DNA of 64,000 nt from an uncultured Christensenella sp. (GCA_910578325.1 CAJTQT010000002.1:235074-299073), one strand, 5' to 3'. Counted from the first letter of the stretch, positions 17,739-29,487 are shown. Notes: generated by a model not told the origin, from the letters alone. Program-made: numbers and translations.

Positions 17739-18878
17739 TCATTCAGACGTTCTTACGCCGTCCTCATTATCAATATAGTATTTATACGCGCTTAAAGTCA
17801 ACGGATATATTTTCCCGCCTTTTGCGATAAGTTTGTCAACCGTATATTTCAGAGTTTCCAAAAAACCGTTTTCAAAATTTTCCCCCGCGATTTTGCGCAG
17901 TTTCGGAATAGGCTGGTATTCCCTGTCATCGGAAAGACTGTCCGCGGTATAAATCAGTTTTTCAAGCAAAGACATATCCGCCTTTGCCGTCGTATGATAA
18001 CGTATCGCGTCCAGAACGTCCTTATCATCTACTCCGAAATCCCGCCTCGCTTTCTCCGCGCCCAAAAACTGATGGAGAACAGGCGTTCCTATGCAGTCGG
18101 GAGGCACGGGCAGGCCGTCTAAGGACGGACGCTGTTTTGCATTGTCGTGCAGTAACGCGGATAGAAAAACTTTTCTGAATTCGAGTTTGAGATTGTGTTT
18201 GGAATTGAAATCCACCGCTCTTTTCACTACAGCCTTGCTATGATAAAACAACTCCTCCGACTGAAAGCCTTTGAGTTTTTCAACCGCGCTCTCGTATTCA
18301 CAGAACCATCCGCGCTCTCGTATAATTCTCGTTACCGATAGAGGTATTTCCCCGACTTCTTCGCCCAAAAGAAGGCGCGCTTTGAGCATAGACGACGACA
18401 CGTCTTCACCGACATAATCCGTAAGGATAAATTCCGCTCCAAACTTTTGAGCAAGGCGATGAGCGGTCTCGCGCACGTCGTCGAATCCATCTCTTTCAGC
18501 GACCGCTATCGGGCATACTTTTGCGATTTGTTCAGGATTGCGCCAACTCTCGAAGTATTGCAGACTGTCTCCGCCGATAAGATACGCAATATCGCCGTAC
18601 TTCTCTTTCATCAGCGGCAGAATTATATAGGAATAATTATCTCCGCCGCGCTCTTTCTCGATTTGATCGACAACGACGTCAAAATCCTTGAAAGCGGCTT
18701 TTATCAACTCGCATCTATCTTCGAATTTCAAAAATCCGCCGTCTTTGTGCGGCGGCATATAAGTCGGTACAACGACCAGTTTGTCCGCTCCGAGAGCAGC
18801 CATAGCCGATTTACATATCGCGATATGCTCATTATGCGGAGGATCGAACGCTCCTCCGAATATCAACGTCTTTGCCAT
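17739..18878 (-). CDS. nadD: NadD (nicotinate-nucleotide adenylyltransferase) fused to a YqeK-type HD phosphohydrolase
   Basis: 'GGAFDPPHNEH' (HxGH-type) in the N-terminal half, and 'HSKAVVKRA...SALLHDNAK' (HD domain) in the C-terminal half. The likely start is MAKTLIFGG. Confidence 0.85.
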   Translation of the reverse strand: MAKTLIFGGAFDPPHNEHIAICKSAMAALGADKLVVVPTYMPPHKDGGFLKFEDRCELIKAAFKDFDVVVDQIEKERGGDNYSYIILPLMKEKYGDIAYLIGGDSLQYFESWRNPEQIAKVCPIAVAERDGFDDVRETAHRLAQKFGAEFILTDYVGEDVSSSMLKARLLLGEEVGEIPLSVTRIIRERGWFCEYESAVEKLKGFQSEELFYHSKAVVKRAVDFNSKHNLKLEFRKVFLSALLHDNAKQRPSLDGLPVPPDCIGTPVLHQFLGAEKARRDFGVDDKDVLDAIRYHTTAKADMSLLEKLIYTADSLSDDREYQPIPKLRKIAGENFENGFLETLKYTVDKLIAKGGKIYPLTLSAYKYYIDNEDGVRTSE

Positions 18879-18967
18879 ATTTATATTATACAGTTTTTTG
18901 CCGCCTTTATCAAGAATTATATGCACGCAGACGTTTTTTAAACCGAACTTTTGTCAACAATTGTATT

Positions 18968-19774
18968 ATGGCAAAAATCGTAGACTATTTTTCTCTGACC
19001 GTGATATCTATGTTACTCACATTCGTCTGGGCGTCGCTTCTCTTCAAAAACTGGATAGGCGCGCTCGTGTTTGCCATAGCGTTCACTGTAATTGTGATAA
19101 TAACTGTAAAATACGTCCTTTCAAAGCGGAACAGACCTTATACATACGACAGGCTTGCTCTTGAATTTTCTATAAGGGGCAACGAGTATGTGATAAACCT
19201 GCTTCAAAGCGCAATGAGATACGGATTTGTCGAAAGCGGCAAGAATTATATCGTACTCAAAGACTGCGTTATTATTTCCGCCTTTAAATTTTCGATGCTC
19301 ACCATTTCCGATATGGGAGCAATCTGCGAACTTTCTCAGAAGTTCAGAGATAAACGCGTTTACGTATTCGCCCGAGGTATTGACAGACGGGCATATTCTA
19401 TAGTTCAACTCGAAAACGTAAACTTTTCGCTGGTTAAGATTAAAACCATATACAAATTTCTGCTTAAACACAACGCTCTTCCCGATTTAAAACCTGTAAA
19501 GAACAAGTTTTCGTTCAGAGCCCTGTTCGACGCCGTTTTGTGCAGAGCGAATTTCAAATCCTATACTTTTTCAGGCGTAGTGCTCATACTTGTATCCTTC
19601 ATCACACCTCTCAGAATCTATTATATCGTTTTAGGCAGCATATCTCTCATACTTGCGCTTCTTACGTTAACGCCGCTCGGAAACGGCACACTTATGTCAC
19701 CGAAAGTCATTTCCGATCTCGAAAGCGCCGCTTCCCAACAGAATGACCAGATCTCTATCGAAGAAATCTCATAA
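18968..19774 (+). CDS. Hypothetical membrane protein
   Basis: Start MAKIVDYF at 18968. It has two N-terminal and two C-terminal hydrophobic helices around a soluble core. Family not recognised. Confidence 0.5.
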   Translation: MAKIVDYFSLTVISMLLTFVWASLLFKNWIGALVFAIAFTVIVIITVKYVLSKRNRPYTYDRLALEFSIRGNEYVINLLQSAMRYGFVESGKNYIVLKDCVIISAFKFSMLTISDMGAICELSQKFRDKRVYVFARGIDRRAYSIVQLENVNFSLVKIKTIYKFLLKHNALPDLKPVKNKFSFRALFDAVLCRANFKSYTFSGVVLILVSFITPLRIYYIVLGSISLILALLTLTPLGNGTLMSPKVISDLESAASQQNDQISIEEIS

Positions 19775-19814
19775 ACCGAAATTTTACACATAATAGAACT
19801 GCATAGAACCGCAT

Positions 19815-19850
19815 AAAAAAACGGCTTATCTCATCCGGAAAGCCGTTTTA
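19815..19850. terminator. Bidirectional terminator between the convergent hypothetical gene and obg
   Basis: AAAAAAACGGCTT-loop-AAGCCGTTTT. Confidence 0.65.
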
Positions 19851-19872
19851 CTTATCGTTAAGGATTATATAA

Positions 19873-21138
<1,266 letters not shown>

Positions 21139-21311
21139 TCACCTGTATTACCGTCGGTCATTGTTCAGACCGACTTTTAGCATTTTTGTTTTTCCGCCGT
21201 AATGACGGCTACCTTTATTATTTCTGGTTTGACCGAGTTTATCCTCTGCAACTCGGAGAATTGCGCCTTGAACTCAATTCTACCGACATCCGTTCGCCGT
21301 CCACGCCCGCG

Positions 21312-22694
21312 CTATCTGCCGCAAGCGTCTTCGAGTATTGCTTTTGCCGCGCGCTTACCCGCGCCCATGGCAAGTATTACGGTTGCCGCGCCAGTCATTG
21401 CGTCGCCGCCGGTATACAGCCGCTCGATATTTGTTCTTCCGTTCGCATCGGCGCACAGCGTACCCTTTGCGGTAGTCGCAAGAGACGGCATACTGTTTTT
21501 TATAATAGGATTCGGAGTAGTTCCTAATGCGACTATAACCTCGTCGCAATCAATATCGAATTCGCTTCCTTCAACCGCAATCGGACTGCGGCGTCCGCTT
21601 GCATCGGGTTCGCCGAGTTCCATACGCACGCATCTGATTCCGCACACATTGCCGTCTTTTCCGAGTATTTCCACGGGGTTAACAAGCAGATTGAATACGA
21701 TACCCTCTTCTTCTGCGTGTTCGATTTCTTCCGCTCTTGCGGGCATCTCCGCACGGCTTCTGCGATATACGAGATGGACTTCCGCGCCAAGCCTTATAGC
21801 AGTCCTCGCGCTGTCCATTGCAACGTTTCCCGCCCCGACTACTACGACTTTTTCGCCGCGAAGAACGGGCGTTGCGGAATCTTCTTTATACGCCTTCATA
21901 AGATTCAGACGGGTAAGGTATTCGTTTGCGGAATAAACGCCGTTCAGGTTTTCGCCTTTTATCTTTAAAAACGACGGAAGTCCCGCGCCGGACCCTATAA
22001 ACACGGCGTCGTATTCTTCAAGCAATTCGTCTATAAACACGGTTTTACCTACTACAACGTCGGTGATTATCTTTACGCCCAACGCAGTTACGTTTTCTAT
22101 CTCTTTGGCGACAAGCGATTTGGGCAGCCTGAATTCGGGGATTCCGTAAACCAGCACGCCTCCCGCTTTGTGCAACGCTTCGAATACCGTAACGGCTACG
22201 CCTGCTCTCGCAAGATCCGCCGCGCAGGATAAAGACGCGGGGCCCGAGCCTACAATCGCAACGCGGAGTCCGTTCCTCTCTACGCAAACGGAATTTGTTT
22301 CTTCCTGATTTGCAAGCGCCCAGTCTGCAGTATAACGTTCCAGATTGCCTATCGCAACCGAGCCGCCTAACTTTACTTTACGCACGCAATACTTTTCACA
22401 TTGATTTTCCTGCGGACATACCCTGCCGCAAATTGCGGGCAAATTGTTGTCCGCTTTCAGAGTTTCCGCCGCTCCGCGCATATCCCCCCCTTTGATTTTA
22501 GAGATAAAATCAGGGATGCGCACACCCACGGGACATCCCGTCATACAGGGCGCGTTTTTGCAGTTCAGACATCTCTGCGCTTCCGCCTGCGCGAGAGCGG
22601 GAGTATATCCGAGCGCAACCTCTTCGAAATTGCGTATTCTGTCCTCCGCCGCCTGCGTTGGCATTGCATTGCGCGTATTGTTTTCTATCGCCAT
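21312..22694 (-). CDS. nfnB: NfnB / GltD-like NADPH-dependent oxidoreductase (glutamate synthase small-chain family)
   Basis: N-terminal Fe-S cysteines plus 'VAIVGSGPASLSCAADLA'. It is paired with an NfnA-like subunit immediately upstream. Confidence 0.8.
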   Translation of the reverse strand: MAIENNTRNAMPTQAAEDRIRNFEEVALGYTPALAQAEAQRCLNCKNAPCMTGCPVGVRIPDFISKIKGGDMRGAAETLKADNNLPAICGRVCPQENQCEKYCVRKVKLGGSVAIGNLERYTADWALANQEETNSVCVERNGLRVAIVGSGPASLSCAADLARAGVAVTVFEALHKAGGVLVYGIPEFRLPKSLVAKEIENVTALGVKIITDVVVGKTVFIDELLEEYDAVFIGSGAGLPSFLKIKGENLNGVYSANEYLTRLNLMKAYKEDSATPVLRGEKVVVVGAGNVAMDSARTAIRLGAEVHLVYRRSRAEMPARAEEIEHAEEEGIVFNLLVNPVEILGKDGNVCGIRCVRMELGEPDASGRRSPIAVEGSEFDIDCDEVIVALGTTPNPIIKNSMPSLATTAKGTLCADANGRTNIERLYTGGDAMTGAATVILAMGAGKRAAKAILEDACGR

Positions 22695-22695
22695 A

Positions 22696-23523
22696 TTAAC
22701 CTCTTATATTGCACAGATGCGCCTGTTCCTGCTGTCTGTATGTGCGGCTTCGAAGAATCGCTTCATCAAAATCCACGGCGTGTCCGTCAAATTCGGGGCC
22801 GTCTATACACGCATATCTGGTGCTTCCGTTGACCGTAAGACGGCAACATCCGCACATACCGGTTCCGTCAACCATCATCGAGTTCATACTCACAACGGTT
22901 TTAATTCCGAGTTCTTTGGTCAGAGCGCAAACCGCCTTCATCATGGGAAGAGGTCCGACGGCGAACACGCAATCGTATTCCTTTCCGCCGCCGACAAGTT
23001 CTTTTAGCATATCTGTAACAAAGCCCTTTTTTCCGCTTGAGCCGTCATCAGTGATAAGATATAGATCATCGCAGTTAGACGCAAAATTATCTCTGTACAT
23101 TATAAGGGATTCGTTTCTCGCGCCTATGATTACGTCAACGCTTTTACCCTCATTGAAGAGTTGTTTCGCCTGCGGATAAATGACCGCAGTACCTATTCCG
23201 CCGCCTATAAGACATATCTTTGAAAACTCCGACAAATCAGTTGCGTTGCCCAGCGGACCAACAAAATCGGCAAGCACGTCGCCTACGCTCATACGTGAAA
23301 GTCTGAGAGTCGTATAACCGACCTCCTGCACAAGAATGCACACAGTGCCTTCGTCGCGGGAATAATCGCAGATAGTAAACGGAACTCTCTCCCCGTCTTC
23401 GTCCGTGCGCAGAATGATAAACTGTCCCGCCTTGCAATGCTTTACCACAAGAGGCGCAAATACGGTATATTCGCAAACATTATCCGCCAAACGTTTTTTG
23501 GAGACTATTTCGAAATTTTTCAT
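22696..23523 (-). CDS. nfnA: NfnA / sulfide-dehydrogenase-like FAD/NAD-binding subunit (PyrK-like)
   Basis: Ferredoxin-reductase-type fold with the C-terminal 'GTGMCGCCRL' 2Fe-2S motif. A 1-nt gap separates it from nfnB. Confidence 0.8.
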   Translation of the reverse strand: MKNFEIVSKKRLADNVCEYTVFAPLVVKHCKAGQFIILRTDEDGERVPFTICDYSRDEGTVCILVQEVGYTTLRLSRMSVGDVLADFVGPLGNATDLSEFSKICLIGGGIGTAVIYPQAKQLFNEGKSVDVIIGARNESLIMYRDNFASNCDDLYLITDDGSSGKKGFVTDMLKELVGGGKEYDCVFAVGPLPMMKAVCALTKELGIKTVVSMNSMMVDGTGMCGCCRLTVNGSTRYACIDGPEFDGHAVDFDEAILRSRTYRQQEQAHLCNIRG

Positions 23524-23603
23524 ACAATACACCTTACCGTTCGCACCGACTCGGCGCCTACGTTTCTATACTTTTCTAATGAAGAGTACGGGGAAGAATA
23601 GGA

Positions 23604-24245
23604 CTACGGCCGCTGCCCTATATTCTTTTTATAATGCTTGCAATACTCCTTCAATGCGCACACGCCGCATTCGGGATTACGCGAATGACACACGTATCTG
23701 CCCTGGAATATCAACAGGTGGTGCAGATGCGACCACAGATTCTCGTCAAAGTTGAGCATCAACTGCTCCTCTGTCTGCTCAGGCGTTTTTGCGTCGACAA
23801 GACCTATTCTGTTTGCAACTCTAAACACGTGAGTATCCACGGCTATGGCATTGCCGCCGTATGCCACGGCATAAACCACGTTTGCGGTTTTACGCCCCAC
23901 TCCGCGCAGTTGCATAAGTTCCTCTCGCGTATCGGGCATTCCGCCGAGTTCGATTATACTCGCGCTCAACTCCTTTATAGCGCGCGCTTTATTGCGGTAA
24001 AAGCCGCAGGAAAATATGCGTCTTTCCAACTCTTCGGCGGGCATATCGACAAACTGCTGCGGCGTGTTTGCCACCTTAAACAGTTCGGCGGTAACCGCGT
24101 TCACGCGTTTGTCCGTGCACTGTGCCGAGAGCACGACCGCAACAAGCAATTCGAAAGGCGATCCGAAATTGAGTTCGCACTCCGCTCCGCCGTGCATCGA
24201 GTCAAGCAATCTGTAAATTTCACCGTTATCTTTCGTCATTCTCAT
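23604..24245 (-). CDS. nth: Endonuclease III
   Basis: HhH-GPD motif 'LRGVGRKTANVV' and the 4Fe-4S loop 'CHSRNPECGVCALKEYC'. Confidence 0.9.
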   Translation of the reverse strand: MRMTKDNGEIYRLLDSMHGGAECELNFGSPFELLVAVVLSAQCTDKRVNAVTAELFKVANTPQQFVDMPAEELERRIFSCGFYRNKARAIKELSASIIELGGMPDTREELMQLRGVGRKTANVVYAVAYGGNAIAVDTHVFRVANRIGLVDAKTPEQTEEQLMLNFDENLWSHLHHLLIFQGRYVCHSRNPECGVCALKEYCKHYKKNIGQRP

Positions 24246-24337
24246 ATTATGTCACAGCAACACGGTTTTGGCAAGAAGTTTGCGCGCGTGAGCGCAATAT
24301 ACGCATACGCGCGCAGATTCGCAGCCTTAAACGCGCA

Positions 24338-24598
24338 TTAAACTCTTATCGCGCTTCCGTTTGTCGAGAAATAATAAAACCCGATAGCCGAATTGAAATT
24401 TCCTCTTTCCAGTACCTTCTTGGCTTGCGGCATATCTCTTGCAAACAGTTTGACCGACAGTCCGCACCCCACCTTTGCGGACGAGGGCGTATTGATAACT
24501 TTACAGGTTATACGGTAACTCAACAACGCTTCGTAAAACGCTATGGCTTCCGAGCGCGAGCGGAATGCAACAAAAAACTCTCTCATCGTCTCCTCCAA
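24338..24598 (-). CDS. DUF3343-like small protein
   Basis: 86 aa, with 'FRSRSEAIAFYEAL...ITCKVINTPSS..VGCGLSV', typical of DUF3343. It is divergent from a class V aminotransferase gene. Confidence 0.55.
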   Translation of the reverse strand: MEETMREFFVAFRSRSEAIAFYEALLSYRITCKVINTPSSAKVGCGLSVKLFARDMPQAKKVLERGNFNSAIGFYYFSTNGSAIRV

Positions 24599-24695
24599 TT
24601 ATATGTATCCGCCCTTTGATTTAATATATTGCGCGCACACATTTTTCGTGATTATCGGCATAAATTAGCCTATAAGGGATTGAGAGGAAACCGAT

Positions 24696-25817
24696 ATGTT
24701 ATACTTAGACAACGCCGCCACGTCGCGCTTTAAGCCGCAGTCCGTAATAGACTGCATAAATTACGACCTTCGTCACAGCGCAAACAGCGGACGGGGCGGT
24801 CACGACGACGCTATCTCCGCGGGTATTAAAATAGAAAATTGCAGACGCTATCTCAAAGATATGCTCAACGCAGACGACGGCTACGAAACGGTATTTACAA
24901 AAAACTGTACCGAGGCTCTGAACCTTGCTATTTTCGGAGCGATCAACGACGGCGACACTGTCGTATCCACCTCAAACGAGCACAATTCCGTACTCCGCCC
25001 TCTGTACGAATTGCAAAGAAGAGGCAGAATAACTCTTCGCATACTCGACACACACGGCAAAAAAGCGGATATGGGCGAACTGCGCAAAATTTCGTCGAGA
25101 GCAAACGTCCTCGTGCTCGGCGGAGCCTGCAACGTTACGGGAGCCACTCTCGATATCGAAGAGGCGGGTAAAATCGCAAAAGATAACGGCGCGCTTTTTA
25201 TTCTGGACGGAGCGCAAAGCGTCCCCGTCCTTCCGACCGATATAAAAAATTTCGGCATAGATATGCTTGCCTGCCCTGCCCATAAAGGATTGCACGGAGT
25301 ACAGGGTACGGGCTTTCTCATCGTCGACAGAAGTATCGAACTCCGCCCATTGCTTTACGGCGGCACCGGAACGTTTTCATCAAGCGTGTTTCAGCCGCCG
25401 CAGTATCCTGACGGACTCGAAGCGGGCACACTGTTCGCAGGAGGAATCGCCGCGCTTCACCAAGGCGCGAAATGGTCTTTCGAACATCTTGCGTCTACTA
25501 AGAAAAATCTCACGCAACTGACTCAATCGTTGCTTTACAATCTCAAAACGATGGGATGTACTCTGTATTCGGAAGAAACCGCTACGGGAGTTGTCGCGTT
25601 CAACGTCAAAGATACGGACAGCACCTATATCGCCGAAATGCTCAACGAATACGGTATAGCCGTACGCAGCGGATTGCATTGCGCGCCGTTGGTGCACAAA
25701 TCGCTGGGCACCGAAAATCAAGGCGCGGTCAGAGCAAGCATAGGCGTCGAAACAACCGCAAAAGATATTTTATACTTCACTAAATGTCTGGACAAAATAA
25801 TAAAATCTCTCGGTTGA
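24696..25817 (+). CDS. Class V aminotransferase / cysteine desulfurase family protein
   Basis: 'LACPAHKGLHGVQGTG' (PLP lysine) and the C-terminal 'RSGLHCAP' motif. Confidence 0.85.
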   Translation: MLYLDNAATSRFKPQSVIDCINYDLRHSANSGRGGHDDAISAGIKIENCRRYLKDMLNADDGYETVFTKNCTEALNLAIFGAINDGDTVVSTSNEHNSVLRPLYELQRRGRITLRILDTHGKKADMGELRKISSRANVLVLGGACNVTGATLDIEEAGKIAKDNGALFILDGAQSVPVLPTDIKNFGIDMLACPAHKGLHGVQGTGFLIVDRSIELRPLLYGGTGTFSSSVFQPPQYPDGLEAGTLFAGGIAALHQGAKWSFEHLASTKKNLTQLTQSLLYNLKTMGCTLYSEETATGVVAFNVKDTDSTYIAEMLNEYGIAVRSGLHCAPLVHKSLGTENQGAVRASIGVETTAKDILYFTKCLDKIIKSLG

Positions 25818-25885
25818 CGAATGACTGTTATAAAAATACGTATATGCGTTACCGATATAAAACTGCCGATTAAACTCCAAATTAC

Positions 25886-25913
25886 AATCCGCCGTTCACA
25901 GTGACGGCGGATT
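25886..25913. terminator. Stem-loop between convergent genes (weak U-tract)
   Basis: AATCCGCCGT...ACGGCGGATT. Confidence 0.4.
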
Positions 25914-25937
25914 CAACTTATTGATACCCTTTGTCTC

Positions 25938-27047
25938 TCAAAGACGGAATATCCTGTTTCCGTCAACGTTAGCGCAACTTCCCACAATAGCGTTCTTTGC
26001 CTGCCTCGGCGTAATATTCCTATACTTCTGACAAAGCAGACAGCACGCGCCCGCCACGTAAGGCGCGGATGCGGAAGTTCCCGACATAAGCGAATAAGTT
26101 CCGCCTGCGGCTATACCTCTGACGTCCACTCCGTCGGCAAACACGTCCGGACGGATGGCGCCCTGATATACTCCCCTTGACGTAAACGGAGCGATTTTGT
26201 TCTTTTCGTCTACTGCGCCTACGCTTATGACCTCATTGCTTACGGCAGGAGATTTAAGAGCGTTTTCTCCGCTGTTGCCCGAAGCCGCGACAACGATAAG
26301 TCCGCTGCGTGAGAGCATCTCCGCGCCCATTTTCAGAGGATCGGCATAGTCGAGAGGCTCCGCTCCGAAACTCATACATACAACCCTTATTCCGTACTGA
26401 CGGAAATTATCGAACAGCCATTGCATTCCGTCGAGGATTTTAAATGTGCCGCTTTCTCCGCTCTCCCCTATAACCTTCAACCCGACAATGTTAGCCTTTG
26501 GAGCAACCCCCGAAATTTTGCCGCCGGACAAGGTGCCGTTTCCACAGGCTACTCCCGCGACGAACGTCCCGTGTCCGTTATCGTCATACGGCTCAGATTC
26601 GCCGTTTATCATATCCACAAAGTGCACTATTCTCTCACGCGGAAGCGACAGATCCGTATGCGGCATAACACCCGTATCCATTACGCACATCGTTACGCCG
26701 CTTCCGTCTAAATCCGTCGGCAGTTCAAACGTCTGCGCGGGACGCATACCGTCTTTGGCGTTCTCCTGCAATGTAAACACCTTGCTCTGCGCCGAGACGT
26801 ATTCCACTTCCTGCATTCTTTCAAGTCTTATAGCGTCTTTAAGCGTACACTTAATACGTACCGACCTTATAAAAGGATACTCCGCGGTAACGTCGAAACG
26901 GCGTTCGAGCATACTCAGATGCAAAGGATTATGTACTCGCACCAACGCATTCGCGCTCTCGCTTACGCTAAGCGCGCTGACGATATTGCCGTCGAATTTT
27001 TTTTCGCCGCGCATTAAATCGATTATGCTTTTATCCAATTTATCCAT
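25938..27047 (-). CDS. S8 (subtilisin-like) serine peptidase with an N-terminal pro-region and no obvious signal peptide
   Basis: Catalytic triad motifs 'CVMDTGV', 'DDNGHGTFVAG' and 'SGTSASAPYVAG'. Confidence 0.85.
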   Translation of the reverse strand: MDKLDKSIIDLMRGEKKFDGNIVSALSVSESANALVRVHNPLHLSMLERRFDVTAEYPFIRSVRIKCTLKDAIRLERMQEVEYVSAQSKVFTLQENAKDGMRPAQTFELPTDLDGSGVTMCVMDTGVMPHTDLSLPRERIVHFVDMINGESEPYDDNGHGTFVAGVACGNGTLSGGKISGVAPKANIVGLKVIGESGESGTFKILDGMQWLFDNFRQYGIRVVCMSFGAEPLDYADPLKMGAEMLSRSGLIVVAASGNSGENALKSPAVSNEVISVGAVDEKNKIAPFTSRGVYQGAIRPDVFADGVDVRGIAAGGTYSLMSGTSASAPYVAGACCLLCQKYRNITPRQAKNAIVGSCANVDGNRIFRL

Positions 27048-27050
27048 AAA

Positions 27051-27413
27051 CTACCTGACAAGCATATCTATTATCGCGCGCATTCTTTTGCGCTGTTCGT
27101 CATTGAGAAAGGGCGCGGCGGTGTTGTACATATTCTCTATCGCGGACGAATCGAAAGAACCTTCGCTCTTCATACGCGCAACGGTCCTTGCCAACTCGCT
27201 CATAAGTTGATTCTCGTCTTTGCCGCTGTACTGTTCAAACTTGTCTCTGACTTCCTGTTCGGTGTACTTGCCGTCAGCCGTAGCGTTGCCTCTCTGCTCG
27301 TTTTGAGCGGACGTATTGTTGCTTTTTACGTCGGCGTTATAAGTCTGACCTGCATTACCTTTGTTTTTAGCGTCGTTTTCGGCGTTATATCCGCCGCGTT
27401 CCCAAAAATTCAT
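27051..27413 (-). CDS. Hypothetical small protein
   Basis: Start MNFWERGG at 27413, preceded by GGAGGA. It has a low-complexity N-terminus and a helical C-terminus. The stop lies 3 nt before the S8 peptidase start. Confidence 0.5.
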   Translation of the reverse strand: MNFWERGGYNAENDAKNKGNAGQTYNADVKSNNTSAQNEQRGNATADGKYTEQEVRDKFEQYSGKDENQLMSELARTVARMKSEGSFDSSAIENMYNTAAPFLNDEQRKRMRAIIDMLVR

Positions 27414-27471
27414 ACCGTCCTCCGTCACATTCAATATATGTCGGCATATTATAGGTGTGACAAGGTGAATT

Positions 27472-28233
27472 ATGAATTTTGACGCGAACACATTATCCGC
27501 ACTTATGCAGATGTTAGGGACTCCGAAAACGCCGAACACCGATACATACGGCGGCTCCAACGACGCCGACCGCGCAAAATCCTCTTATAACGACGGACAC
27601 GGCGGATATGAGCAGAACAGGTCATATACGAACGAACGCGGTCGGTCGGGATACACTGCGCAGTCGGTTTTCGCTATGCAGAACGGACTGGGAGAACAGA
27701 TTGATATAGACGGAAAAACGCGCGAAGAAAGCAAGCGCAAATCCGCGTCGCAAACTTCTGCGAATACAAACCCGATGGCTTCTCTGCTGTCTATGATGAG
27801 CGGAGGCAGCGGCACAGGCGGAACGAACGGAGATATGATGTCCGCGTTTATGCCTATGTTTCTGAATATGATGAACGGAAAACAGAACGTAGCCGCCGCT
27901 TCTCAAAAACCGCAACCCTCCGCAGATAAAAGCGCGGAGCATAACCCGCAGTCCGACACTTCCGACGAAGATCTGAAAAAATACAAGAAGATGTTTGACG
28001 AGATGCTGAAAAAGGAACAGGAATCACTGAAAAACGAAAAGGAACCCTGTTCTACAACAGATTCCGACGCAGAAAATTCGGACGGCATTCCGAAACAGAA
28101 CAAAAGACAAAACGAAAAAGCATACGAAAAAACGCAACCGTCGCGCGCTGATATGTTTGCGCCGATTGCGTTTGCCGGTTATACGCTCATAAGCGCGCTC
28201 AACAGACTTTACTCTGCAAAACGCGCCTTATAA
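27472..28233 (+). CDS. Hypothetical low-complexity protein
   Basis: Start MNFDANTL, preceded by AAGGTGA. The sequence is G/N/S/M-rich with a hydrophobic C-terminal 'FAPIAFAGYTLISAL'. Confidence 0.5.
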   Translation: MNFDANTLSALMQMLGTPKTPNTDTYGGSNDADRAKSSYNDGHGGYEQNRSYTNERGRSGYTAQSVFAMQNGLGEQIDIDGKTREESKRKSASQTSANTNPMASLLSMMSGGSGTGGTNGDMMSAFMPMFLNMMNGKQNVAAASQKPQPSADKSAEHNPQSDTSDEDLKKYKKMFDEMLKKEQESLKNEKEPCSTTDSDAENSDGIPKQNKRQNEKAYEKTQPSRADMFAPIAFAGYTLISALNRLYSAKRAL

Positions 28234-29487
28234 TTACATATCGATATCGTTTGCGTAAATCGGGAATTTTTTGCAAAGAGCAATTACTCTTTCCTTTACG
28301 CTTTCGATTGCGGACTCCTTGCCGAAGATAACGTCCGCGATACAATCTCCGATGATATCCATTTCCTCCTCTTTCATACCGCGCGTAGTAACCGCGGGAG
28401 TGCCGATACGCACACCGCTTGTAATCGAGGGCTTCTGCGGATCGTTGGGAATGGCGTTTTTATTCAAAGTAATATGCGCGGCATCGAGAAGAACTTCGAG
28501 TTCCTTGCCTGTAACGCCGTTTTCAACAAGGTTGAGAAGCATAAGATGGTTGTCCGTTCCGCCGCTTATGATATTCAAGCCTCTCGACACAAGTTTTGCG
28601 GCAAGCGCTTTCGCATTGAGGACGACCTGATGCTGATATGCCTTGAACTCGGGAGACAACGCTTCTTTGAATGCTATCGCCTTAGCGGCTACTATATGCA
28701 TAAGAGGACCGCCCTGAGTTCCGGGAAAAATCGTCTTGTCAATCGCTTTTGCAACCTGCTCGTCGTTAGTAAGAATAAGTCCGCCTCTGGGACCTCTGAG
28801 AGTCTTGTGGGTAGTTGTCGTAACTATATGCGCATAGGGCATCGGGCTCATATGTTCGCCTGCGGCGACAAGTCCCGCTATATGCGCCATATCCACCATC
28901 AGATACGCGCCCACTTCGTCTGCAATCTCTCTGAAACGTTTGAAATCTATCGCTCTGGGATACGCGCTTGCACCCGCAACAATCAACTGCGGCTTGCACT
29001 CTTTTGCGATTCTAAGCACGTCGTCATAATCTATGTAACCCTCTTCGTCGACCTCGTAGAATACGGAGTTGAAAACCTTTCCGCTCATACTGACTTTTGC
29101 GCCATGAGTGAGATGTCCGCCTGCCGACAGCGACATTCCGAGAATCGTATCGCCCGGTTTGAGCAGACTGTAATAAGCGGTAAAATTCGCGTTCGAACCG
29201 CTGTGCGCCTGAACGTTGGCATACTTTGCGCCAAACAGTTCTTTTGCGCGCTCGATAGCGAGTTCCTCCGCTCGGTCGACAAACTGACATCCGCCGTAAT
29301 AACGTCTGCTCGGATAACCCTCCGCATACTTATTCGTATAAAAACTCCCTGCCGCAGCAAGAACTGCGGGGCTTACGATGTTTTCGCTTGCGATAAGTTC
29401 GAGATTGTACTGTTGACGTTCGAGTTCCTGCACCATTGAGTTGTAAAGTTCCTCGTCGGCGGCTTTGATAACTTTTAAATCGACCAT
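28234..29487 (-). CDS. glyA: Serine hydroxymethyltransferase
   Basis: '[10 protein letters not shown]' and '[14 protein letters not shown]'. Confidence 0.95.
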   Translation of the reverse strand: MVDLKVIKAADEELYNSMVQELERQQYNLELIASENIVSPAVLAAAGSFYTNKYAEGYPSRRYYGGCQFVDRAEELAIERAKELFGAKYANVQAHSGSNANFTAYYSLLKPGDTILGMSLSAGGHLTHGAKVSMSGKVFNSVFYEVDEEGYIDYDDVLRIAKECKPQLIVAGASAYPRAIDFKRFREIADEVGAYLMVDMAHIAGLVAAGEHMSPMPYAHIVTTTTHKTLRGPRGGLILTNDEQVAKAIDKTIFPGTQGGPLMHIVAAKAIAFKEALSPEFKAYQHQVVLNAKALAAKLVSRGLNIISGGTDNHLMLLNLVENGVTGKELEVLLDAAHITLNKNAIPNDPQKPSITSGVRIGTPAVTTRGMKEEEMDIIGDCIADVIFGKESAIESVKERVIALCKKFPIYANDIDM

